Positions 53,343-64,000 of a stretch of DNA of 64,000 bases are shown one piece after another. The translations under genes were made by a program, and so were the position numbers. Under the pieces are notes generated by a model. It was given only the letters and a program-made list of their open reading frames with translations, was not told where the DNA came from and searched no databases. Where the stretch lies: assembly GCF_009914755.1 (NCBI RefSeq), contig NC_060930.1. One strand, 5' to 3'. The stretch is from the human T2T-CHM13v2.0 reference genome, Homo sapiens. Within the stretch, counting starts at the first letter, position 1. The number at the start of each line of letters is the position of its first letter.

Positions 53343-54182
53343 GTAAGCGCGGCCGCGAGTTTCCCACTCCAGAGCCCCGCCGGGCCGCCTGGCTCCTCTC
53401 TGCTTCTTTTCTTTTTCTTTTCTGCCTGAACTCGTCTGCCTGGGTACCTTTAGGAGAAGAGAGAGGCCCAATCCAAGGGCGAGATGCGATGGACGCGGTC
53501 GGCTGGACTCGGTGGGGCCCAGAGGATGGGATGGGCAGTAGGAGTTGGAGCAGGTCCTGCACGCCAGAGCTCGCTCTCCTGAAGGGAGGCGAGGAGGCCA
53601 GGGGGCCTTTTCCAGAAGTTTGAACTCTGAATAATGCAAGTATATCATACATACACCAGGACTAGTTGAGAAGGCTGCTTTGGAGCGGGCCGGCGCCTCT
53701 CAGCCTCAACTCAAGTTCAGAGGGATTGGGTGACTTAACCCGAAGCTGCACTCCTAGTTAGTGACACCACCAAGACCAAAAGCCAGGTTCCTTTCCAGAT
53801 CATTTTCCACCACCCGCCTTGGCTCTGAGACTGGCCTTTGTGAGGGAAACTCCATTCCTCAAATACTTTGCTCTCATCGGAAGCCGAGGACAGACACTCC
53901 GTGAAGATTTGGGAAAGCTTTTCTGAAACCTTACACTCACCCCTTCCTCTCTTGCTAAACCAACACCTAGTCCCATCCCTGGTGCCCTCGCCCCCCCCCG
54001 CCCCCCCCCCCACTCCTCAATACAGTGTTTCTCTGCCATTTGCTTTCATTTGTTCTGTTTGAGGGGGTACATTTCCCTCTGCTCTGATTTATGAACACTT
54101 GAACTTTGCCTGGTGTGGTGGTTGGGAGTGGGCGTTTTAAAGATGATGTTAACTATTGGAAAGTTCATAGAAATGGTACCAA

Positions 54183-54509
54183 GCCAAGTGCCAGTGGCTC
54201 ACGCCTGTAATCCCAGCACTTTGGAAGGCCTAGACTGGAGGATCGCATGAGCACAGGAGTTCGAGACCAGCCTGGGCTGTTAGTGAGACCCTGTCTCTAC
54301 AAAATACATACATACATATATACATACATACATACAAAAAATTAGACAAGTGTGGTCGTGCGTGCCTGTAGTCCCAGCTACTCAGGAGCCTGAGGCAGGA
54401 GGATCACTTGACCCTAGGAGAGGTCAAGGCTTCAGTGAGCTGTGTTCTCACTGCTGTACTCCAGCCTGGTCAACAGAGTGAGACCCTATCTCAGAAAAAA
54501 AAAAAAAAA
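54183..54509 (+). mobile_element. AluJ-like element in intron 1 with (CATA)n in the linker
   Basis: Alu dimer with A tail. Confidence 0.9.
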
Positions 54510-57500
54510 GTACGAAAATTACTCTGTTCAATCATTACAGGTGTTAAGAAGCACAGTCTGCAGTACAGCATTAGAATGGGAGCTGGTTTAGGGTTAGAGG
54601 ACACCTGAGGCCACCCTTCATTCTACAGTCCCTACACTGAAGCCCATGGAGGGTATAGCTACCTGGCTGGTAGCAGAGTGGTTGGGGGGATCACAGGTCT
54701 ACTGTCTGTCTGCCAGGTAGTGCTCTTGTCATTTATAGCTTGTTACATAAGAAAGAGTAGTAAATAATTGTAACCTATAACTCATTCATTTAAGAGCACA
54801 TTTCTGTCCCTCAGACAGGAGAATAACTGTATGCAACTCAGTTGCTCAGAAAAAAGGAGTAATCAGCCAGGGACTCAGCTTTTTGTTGTTGTTTTTTGTT
54901 ACCAAAAACCAAAAGTTCGTTTGAAAAGTCATCTTTGAAGCCAGAAGTTTTTTCGAAACACTTCCTGCCGTTGCACAGAACCCTAATGAGCAGTATTTCT
55001 GCTTCTTGACAAAGTCATGGATTCTAAAGGTTGCCTTACCATGTGACGGTCATTCTCCAGGAATCTGCAGCATAGCTGAGGTTTTTCACAAAGATGGTTT
55101 TAAAACCTTGCTTACAAGGGTGATTGACCTTGCCTTACTCTTTATGTAAATTATGGCATTTTGTTATTAAACTACGATTGGGTCCCACTGCTGGTAAATC
55201 AGTATGAGTAACTAGATTTTTAAGTGTTTATAGTTAGAAACTTGAGAAAGTAAAAGCAGGAGTAAGATACAAATTTTCTTTCTGGTATCACCTCTTCTTT
55301 TTTTATTAATCACAGACCTCGAATGACAGGAAGGGGTCATATCTAGTTTTTTATCAGACTCTGATAAACATCTGCCTAGATGGGATATCCTTGTACTTTT
55401 CACTAAATCCAAAGCTTGAGTTTTGCCAGGAAGGAAAACAAAAGTTTAAGATCTCCAAAAGGGATTTCTGGATGTTAGATATTGTTTCAACAGGTATTGT
55501 TGTCCCATACAGCAAGTACAGACCAGCAATTTACAAAATTAGAGGTAAATTTATAGAAATTATTAGGCTCACATTATAAGTAAGATTTTCAGAGATAGAA
55601 TTTTAATATCTCTGAATATGAGGGAGAAAAATAGCTTAGTGAGAGACCAAAAACAAAAAAAAAACAAAAAAAACTGTTTTAGAGACCAAAAAAAGCAAAA
55701 CAAAACAAAAAATCCTTAGCCTAAAGTTTGGAGAGCTACATTACTAACTGTTTGATTTGAATATTTGAGCTACTAGTGAATCTCAGCTCATACCATTTGA
55801 ATTAAGTAATGATGATGTAATGAAGGCAAACTGATGGCTGCTCCACAAACTTCCCCCAGGGCTAAGCATACTTGCCTTATGTAGTAACAAAGTTGGATCA
55901 TATTTAATTCTCAAATAATAGAAATATTCTTTGATTGCACAATAGTAGATAGAGCCAGCTACTTGCCATAACTAAGTTAAGGTGTGGTGTTTTTACTAGT
56001 TAGGTTTTTTTTTTTTTTTTTTTTTTGGTTGCTTCAGTGAGAGGGCGAGGTAGTGAAGAAATTATGACGAATCTCTATGCTTGAAAGCTGTGGCAAGTAT
56101 GATAGGCTAGAATTATCAAATGTTTTCTACACATGTAGCTAAGCAGATTCAGCTGAACTCTTCAGGTTAAGAACCACTGTGATCCTCAGATACACAAATC
56201 TGTTCTTACGGCATTGAAGGAATCTGGCTTTAAAATACAGATGCAGTTTAGTGCAGTTTTTGTGTTAGACAATTGCCATCTCTTAACTCACACGTACTTT
56301 AGGACTGCTGCTCAAAACATAACTGAAATATACTAAAATCTTGAAGTCTTTGATAACACTTTACAGAGATCTTAATAAATGCATACTCAAGATATAGCAA
56401 GAGATGTCTCTGATCTTCCTTTTAATGCTCAGTGTAGGTAAAGTAGTATTTGGTTTACTATTATATGCTTATTGCTTATTAGTCACTATAGCATTTTTCA
56501 GGCAAATTGAAAGACTGGTCTAGGTTAAATCTTAAAAAAACAAGTTTGTCCATTTAGGTCTAGTATACTTTAGCCTTCATGTATTGACTGAGTGATTTGC
56601 TTTTTAGGATCAACATTTTTTAATAAAAATCTGAATGAGTAACTCTCCTTTGGGCCAAAGGACAAATTGGGAACAGTCTGCTCTGAAGTTCATATAAATA
56701 ATATTTACCCAAGCATAAAATGTGTGCTTGGAAGATATAAACTATATAATTTATGCCTAAACTTATTTTACATTGTTTTGATTCCCATCCAAAATAGAAT
56801 GTGGATCCTGATTGCCTTGCTGCATCTTATACTTTGTCGATTAGTATACCTAGTAATATCCCTTTGTCTTTTTTTTCACAACTCTCCTATCATCTTTCAT
56901 GAGCACGAGTAAAAGGAAATACTTGAAATTTACAGATGATTCACAAAAAAAAAAAAAAAAAAGCAACAGTCACTAAAGTTTAACAACTCTTTGTTAACTT
57001 CTAGGTTTCTAACTGTTCTTTTACTCATTTGTCACCCCACTCTCTTTTCTAAATTAAAGATATAGTCCAAAGGAATAGTTTATTACCATGTAATTATCTT
57101 GAAATCTTACTTTTTCAATTTCCTAATTTAAGACTGTCATATCTTGTTGCTTAGTCTTTTCATATTCAATAATTAAAATATATAAAAATGGAAGTGGTTG
57201 GTAATGTGTGCACTGCATTTGAAATTGGAGTCTGAATCATTTCAATGCATATAGTCTTTCTGCAGAATAGCGATTTTGAACAGTTGGCATATCATGTAAG
57301 TTTTTATAAATGTCAGCATTATGAGCCAATGAACTATATAATGGTCAGATTTACATCACAATAAAATATGAGCATAATAGTAGGGTTTCATATGTGACCA
57401 TTTGTTACAGTAAAATTTAGACCTTTGGACTATTACAGTACAGCTTCAGTTAAACCATATGAGGAGTCATCACAAAACAAACCTTAAATTTATGCATTCA

Positions 57501-58685
57501 CGTTTGACCATTGTTTTATTCTTCTTCCATTATTCCCTAAAACAATATATAAAATTATATTGCATTGTAGAGTTTGGAGAAGGAAGAATTTTATATTTTG
57601 GGGTATCTTTGCATCTGTGCAGAGAAAATGTGTCAATAAAATGTAGATAAAGCCTGTTGCTCATGTGTTTCAAGAAGAAAGTGTCTTTATCATAGAACAG
57701 AGTGATACATCTTAGATGTGCATTGATTGCCAATCATTTTTCCTTCACACTGTAGTCAGTAACTAAGTCAAGGCAACTGCAAGATAGTTCAGAAAGGCTA
57801 GCATCCCACTTCTATAGGTGTGTGGGAGTCAGAAGACCTGGATTCTAGTCCTGTCTTCTTTAGTCAGTGCCACTATAATCCTGGCCAAGCATCCATTTTC
57901 CTGTTGTTACATCTGTCAGATGAAAAGAAGGGTCTTTCCTATGCCAAAGATTAGTACAATAGCAGATAGTAAGAGAACGCTTTGCAAAGTCCTATATAAT
58001 GTACAAAGCAGATTTTTCCCAAAGTGTTTGACATAAATTATTTTAAAAGTACAATGACATTTGAAGAACCCTGGAATTGATTCTTCTTGTAACAACACAA
58101 CCAGTTGTGCCTTTTGTTCTGAAACAGATTTTCATGTATCTACTACTTACAGGGGTGAAATCTTGCATATTGAGTCAGAAGTGGGTATGGGCTAGAGATA
58201 TGAAGGAGAGATGAGTTGAGAACATGAACTACTTTATCTCATGTCCAGCCCTAATCTATTTGACTAGCATGTTACCCACTGCACTTATCTCCTTCCTGCA
58301 GGCTTCATTTCTTCTATTCTTGTCTCTTCTTCCTCTACTTCCAGCTTTATGTTTTCCTTTAGTGCCTCTCTTCTCTTAGACTAAGGGGAGACGAGTCGGA
58401 ATAAATGACAGACTTTGTAGCTTTAAATATTGTCATATTGGTTTTTATGGAGAATATGTTGTACAGAACATAAAACTAATTCATTATGTACTTAAACCAA
58501 ATTATCAGACACATCTGCTCTATGGGTCATGGTCTGTATGGATAGCCTTAATCACACCAGGTTATATTGCTGTGGAATGGAAGACATTTGTTCATAGTGT
58601 TGCTCTTGGGGTAAAAGGGGTTATACCTAAATGTAGACTCTGTCTGAATTACAAGTTTTTAATTTTTTCTTATATTTATGTCTAG

Positions 58686-58963
58686 GGCAGGAGCGATTTG
58701 GCAACATGACCCGAGTATACTACAAGGAAGCTGTTGGTGCTTTTGTAGTCTTTGATATATCAAGAAGTTCCACATTTGAGGCAGTCTTAAAATGGAAAAG
58801 TGATCTGGATAGTAAAGTTCATCTTCCAAATGGCAGCCCTATCCCTGCTGTCCTCTTGGCTAACAAATGTGACCAGAACAAGGACAGTAGCCAGAGTCCT
58901 TCCCAGGTGGACCAATTCTGCAAAGAACATGGCTTTGCCGGATGGTTTGAAACCTCTGCAAAG
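58686..58963 (+). CDS. RAB32: RAB32 coding exon 2
   Basis: Acceptor TCTAG|G after a T-rich tract. Encodes (G)QERFGNMTRVYYKEAVGA...LLANKCD (G4)...WFETSAK (G5). Donor AAG|GTGAG; 278 nt, phase 1 to phase 0. Confidence 0.98.
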
Positions 58964-59589
58964 GTGAGATCTGCTTTGCTTATGCATCTTTTGCTTTCTA
59001 GCTCATAATTCTGAGCTGTAAATGTAAAGTATTTAGATATATTTATGTGAGTGGTGTTTGAAAGTCTGGAAAATGAGAAGTGTAGCATGGATGTGTTATA
59101 GCTTCTTTCAGTCCACAACAGGACTGCTTTCCAAATTGGCTAATGGCTAATAGAAGGGCAGATTTTCCATCAAAACAAAAAGAATTATTTAGGGCAAAAA
59201 GCAAATGACATTTTCTGTGAGTTTGAGTTTTTAACTGAGGTACTTCTCATGCAACTAGAGTGGTTGGGGGTATTGTCAAGCACGAGAATTTTTGGTTTTT
59301 ACAAAAGGCTAAGTGAATAGGAAGATGCCTCTGGTGAAGATGTGTGTCACATGCAGGACCATGTGAAAAGATCAGAGAGGAGATTTATTCAGATGATGTT
59401 TGAAGAGTTTTAGGTTAACTGTGTACGAAAGATTTGAAACAGCCAGAAAGTATCAACATTTGTGGTATGCTTCATAAACAGTAGAGTGAGAATTTTTTCT
59501 TTTGTCTATTATGGAAAGCTGAATAAAATATTTTCTGAAGGAAAAAATAAAACACTCAGTTGACTTTCAAAAATCTTAACAGTCTAGTG

Positions 59590-59901
<312 letters not shown>

Positions 59902-60561
59902 CTAGATATAGAAAAAAGGTGAAAATTATACATATATAAAATGTTTGGGGGGGGGGTTACGTGCATTGGAACTTTCACATAAGGGGGTTAGTGACAATCA
60001 GATTTATGTAAGAATGATGAAATGTTTGAAAAATTCTGTGATGACAGATAAACATTATACCATAAATTTGTTGAAATCATAACACAGTTCTAGCTTTTAG
60101 TTTATGTTCTGTGGATTTCTTGTGTGTGTTTACGGGTGTTTTTATATATGTATGTATGTATGATTGTTCCTCCAAATCACCCACCTCATTCTGGATATTT
60201 ACTAATCAGATTAGGTTTAGCTCTACTAGAAACTTACCCTTAGAGTGAAAAACTACTTGATGCCAATGATGATCTGCGGGATAAAAGCGAAGCAATGAGA
60301 GACTGCACAAAAGGAGACCGCTCCAAAAATATTGCGCAATGATGGAGTCACTGGGAAAAAAAAGACTGTCTACTGCAGGCAGAAATGTACACTCCTAAGC
60401 TAGAGGCTAATTGTTTGAATAAATATAGCATCTTAAAATTTCCTTTCATAAATAAAACATAGTGATAGAAGAAAGATGAAGCCCAGGAGTGCTATGTGAG
60501 CACTTAATCTGACACGAAGGAGAAAATCACAGAAAGAAAGCCTTCTTATAGAGAAGTCACC

Positions 60562-60730
60562 TCATTCTCCCAAGAAGCTAGGACCACAGGCATGTGCCAC
60601 CATGCCCAGCTACTTTTTGCATTTTTAGTAGAGACAGAATTTTGCCGTGTTGCCCAGGCTGGACTCAAACTCCTGAGCTGGAGTGATCTGCCTGCCTCAG
60701 CCTCCCAAAGCACTAGGATTACAGGCGTGT
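60562..60730 (-). mobile_element. Partial Alu
   Basis: GCATGTGCCACCATGCCCAGC...CCTCCCAAAGCACTAGGATTACAGGCGTG. Confidence 0.85.
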
Positions 60731-61589
60731 TCTTCTGGACACTCATGCCCTCTGTCTGCTCTGTATGCCTATTGGGTGATTTGCTCTACTTGCCAGCTTT
60801 GCTGTAAAAAGACGAAAAAAAAAAAAGGGGCAGTAAGTATAACTGCTTATGCGAGTGTGCATTTTGGTGGAGGAGTTTTATAAATGATAGACAAAATTCC
60901 CCTTTAGGCTCTATTTAATCTTTCAGATAGTAAATCCAGATTTGCCCCCAGATGTAAGACGTCATGTGACTAGTAGCTTGTGACTGTGTAAGTCATCGGT
61001 TTCACTTTATGTATGGATAGGATTACACGCAGAGGTGAAAGGTGAAACGCTGGTTAAGAGTACAAGTTTCAAGTTTGCTCTGTGCTTCCATACAAATATA
61101 ATAGAAGCAGCTTCTGTAGAATTTCCTTAGCAGTAAACCAGACGTGTTCCAAGAGAATAACAGTAATAAAAAAATTTAGGTTAAAAATCTTAGAGTTAAG
61201 GCTTAAAGTACTGCCTAAATGTCACTAAGGTACACTTCTGAGCTGGCCTGCAGCTAACTTCAGATCTGACTTTTGCTTGAATTGCAGTCATCCGAATTTC
61301 ACTAGGAACATAGGCAAAAGATAACTTTTGCAAATAAATTTCATCATTTCACCTTTATGGCAAATAATGGATTTCTAATATGAAACTTTAATAATATTAA
61401 CATATGGGAATTACATTAACATGTGACTAGTTACACTATCATTGGAATTTTAACCAACTGCTTCCAAATACAGTTAGAGAATTTTATAATTATTTGATAT
61501 AATGGGGATAGCTGGGACTGAATGTCACTTGGACATTCAAAAGATCAATACTTGAATTAAAGTTAACACTTATCTTGGGAGTGGAGGTA

Positions 61590-63060
61590 AAAAATAAATA
61601 AAAAGCTTGTTTCAGTGCTATGAAAGATGCCTGTAAATAGCACAGCTGTTTTAGGTTTCTTGTTGTCTGAGAAAGGGTTTACAAATAAGGAAAAAGGCTA
61701 CAATGAACCTCATAGCATTGGATTGGATTAGACATTAATATGAGCTTCAGGTTTCATATGTGTGTGTGTGTAAGAGTATATGCATATATATATGTGAGTG
61801 TGTATAGATATATGTATGTACACACACATATGTGTAAACAGATAAAGAAGTTGATACAGATGCATGTGTGTATACATACGTTTATTTACTAGCCATACCT
61901 GCTGAGAGGGCTTAAAAGGAATGACACCACAGAACCAATTAACTTACCTCGTGCTCAAAATTCGGTTTTTAAATATCATTCTCCAGTAAAAAGAATGGGA
62001 ATCTCTAGAGAAATGCCTGATTTTAGGACGGGTGGAACAAGTCAAGTAAAGATGTGCCTGAGATATTTTGTTGTGCAAGAAACTAAGGAAATGCTTACAA
62101 AATGATGGGGACATGTGACAAAGATACAGGATACTGCCATACAAGCTCCAAACATGTAAGACAATTTGAGCAACAAACTAAATAATTACTGTAATGGGTT
62201 CAACTTATAGAGTAAACTAATAATCCATGATAAAAATGAACAAATGAATAAAGAAATGGGGGAGAAGGGAACCTCTTTCTTTTTTTATTTTTATTTTTTT
62301 ATTATACTTTTAAGTTTTAGGGTACATGTGCACAACGTGCAGGTTAGTCACGTATGTATACATGTGTGGAACCTCTTTCTAACAGTAGAATTCCAGCTAA
62401 TAAATGTAGAAGGAATGGCAGAAATAAAAAAGTCACCATTAAACACCACAGTGATGATTGTTGTAGGGAGGAATTAATTGATGATAACATTAGTGGGGAA
62501 AAGTGCGGTGAGAAACAGGATATTTACATATTTGCACTAAGTACAAAGGGAAAAATAATAACTTTTCTGTGGAGAAACATGGCAAAAACAACTTGAAGCA
62601 GTGTGCTTCCTGATAAACTGTGCAGGGTACATCACTTGTGTTTTATTTCTGCCAAAAATACATACGTTGAATTTAATGATAAGGAAACATCGAACATCAC
62701 AGATGGAGGTATATTCACCGGCCAGTGCTCTCTGAGAGTGTCAAGGTCATGAAAAGCAAGGAGAGTGAGGAACTGTTCGAGAGTAAAAGAGACCAGGGCG
62801 ACAACAGTGAAATATAGCTTATGATCCTGGATCTGAAATAGGGCATTGAGATAATTGATGCAATTTGAGTAAGCTTTTTAGGCTAGCACTGATACAACAC
62901 TATTATGTAATTTCCTGATTTTGATAGTTGTATTCTGGTTATCTAAGATGTTAACATTTGAGAAATATGTGTGAATGGTAGGAATGTTTACTTTTTTTGC
63001 AATGTTTTTGTAAATCCAAAATTATTTAAAAATGAACAGTTAAATATATTTAAAAATAAG
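61590..63060 (+). mobile_element. L1MC-like 3' UTR remnant in intron 2
   Basis: Homologous to the 45.8-46.9 kb L1MC 3' UTR (CATTCTCCAGTAAAA, TTTGAGCAACAAA, AAGATGTTAACATT). Confidence 0.65.
62281..62367 (-). mobile_element. Ultra-short L1PA 3'-end insertion (87 bp)
   Basis: Poly-T plus TTTAAGTTTTAGGGTACATGTGCACAACGTGCAGGTTAG; perfect 13-bp TSD GGAACCTCTTTCT (62268, 62368); TTCT/AA site. Confidence 0.93.
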
Positions 63061-63677
63061 CACAGTTTTTGCAATGTGTTACCTACTGTATATTTAATGA
63101 TAACTTATAATTCAGTCGCACAAATGCTGTGACGGCTAATAATTCCTTAGGGTGTCCTTAATGGACATTGCACTGACAACATTGTTTCAGGCTAATTTAT
63201 ACATGACAACTAAAAGGAATAATTGGTACTTAGAGATGGAAAAATGACATGATACATTTATCACATTTTAATGTTGTTTGAGCCCTTTCAGTTTTTTTCA
63301 CAGTGTATCCTGACTGCTTGAATTAGATATTCAAGGGCAGGAATTTTTTTATTTGGAATGTCTTCATTATATGAATTGCAGCCCAGAGCAAAGATTCATT
63401 TTCAACCGTCGAGATAGCTCATGGAACCTCAGTGGCAAAGGTTTAAGATAGGAACATCAGAAAAGGTGTCCTTCATAAAAATAAGGGAATTCTTTCCATC
63501 ACCACATTATTCTTTAACATTCAACTCTAAGTGGGCACACACTTTAGTATTAGAGGAAAGTGGCTGTGCACTTGCTGCCACCTCTAACAAATTTTCCTGG
63601 TCCCATTCATACTCTTAATGCCTTATTCTAAGAATTAATCCTAAAAATTAATCCCGTTCTTCATTTCTGCATTACAG

Positions 63678-63827
63678 GATAACATAAACATAGAGGAAGC
63701 TGCCCGGTTCCTAGTGGAGAAGATTCTTGTAAACCACCAAAGCTTTCCTAATGAAGAAAACGATGTGGACAAAATTAAGCTAGATCAAGAGACCTTGAGA
63801 GCAGAGAACAAATCCCAGTGTTGCTGA
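63678..63827 (+). CDS. RAB32: RAB32 coding exon 3
   Basis: Acceptor TTACAG|GAT. Encodes DNINIEEAARFLVEKIL...ENKSQCC-stop (TGA 63825-63827), ending in the CC geranylgeranylation motif. Spliced CDS is 250+278+150 = 678 nt = 225 aa. Confidence 0.98.
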   Translation, partial: DNINIEEAARFLVEKILVNHQSFPNEENDVDKIKLDQETLRAENKSQCC

Positions 63828-64000
63828 TATATGGCTTCTGCTTCTCTTGTGTGTGCCTCAGCTCTGAAGAAGTTCCTGAGAATGGGTTACAGATGTCATG
63901 TTAGCTGGGAGTCTTCCCACATGTGGCACTTCAAAAGGCAGCACCACTGGGCGCCTGCACTTATTTGAAAATGGAACTTTGGGAGAAGTATCCCTGCTAG
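63828..64000 (+). other. RAB32: RAB32 3' UTR (continues beyond window)
   Basis: Follows the stop codon; no AATAAA before the window end. Confidence 0.85.

Larger units (their letters stand above)
52420..53720. promoter_or_regulatory. RAB32: CpG island / RAB32 promoter, 5' UTR and exon 1
   Basis: Abrupt rise in GC and CpG density around exon 1. GC boxes, GAGGAAGT ETS boxes (52739, 52787) and a kB-consensus GGGAGTTTCC (52996-53005). Confidence 0.92.

Noticed and set aside
52394-54062. Multiple overlapping antisense and alternative-frame ORFs around exon 1
   Set aside because: Expected from stop-codon scarcity in a GC-rich island; no recognisable domains.
58706-59008. 100-aa ORF as a separate small GTPase
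   Set aside because: It is RAB32 exon 2 read from an internal Met through the splice donor.

Overview
Primate (almost certainly human) genomic DNA. The last ~11 kb holds the complete coding sequence of the small GTPase gene RAB32 on the + strand: 3 coding exons (53093-53342, 58686-58963, 63678-63827), 225 aa, with a CpG-island promoter. The upstream ~52 kb is repeat-dominated intergenic DNA: a full-length, inactivated minus-strand L1PA (18.7-25.0 kb), a head-to-head composite of two L1s (29.0-32.4 kb), three twin-primed 5'-inverted L1s, solo LTRs (LTR3/HML-6, MER4-group, MaLR, MLT2), Alus, MIR/L2 and hAT relics. I found no convincing new self-contained biological system. The best leads are: (i) an intact L1 ORF0 whose splice donor is in phase with RAB32 exon 2; (ii) a 48-bp promoter duplication that doubles a PU.1/ETS box and lies in a stop-free frame continuous with RAB32; (iii) a C/EBP + MiT/TFE + IRF motif cluster in intron 2; (iv) unusual L1 rearrangements (hairpin junction, templated insertion, shared variants suggesting gene conversion). 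Repeat subfamily names come from my memory of consensus sequences and need RepeatMasker/Dfam confirmation.
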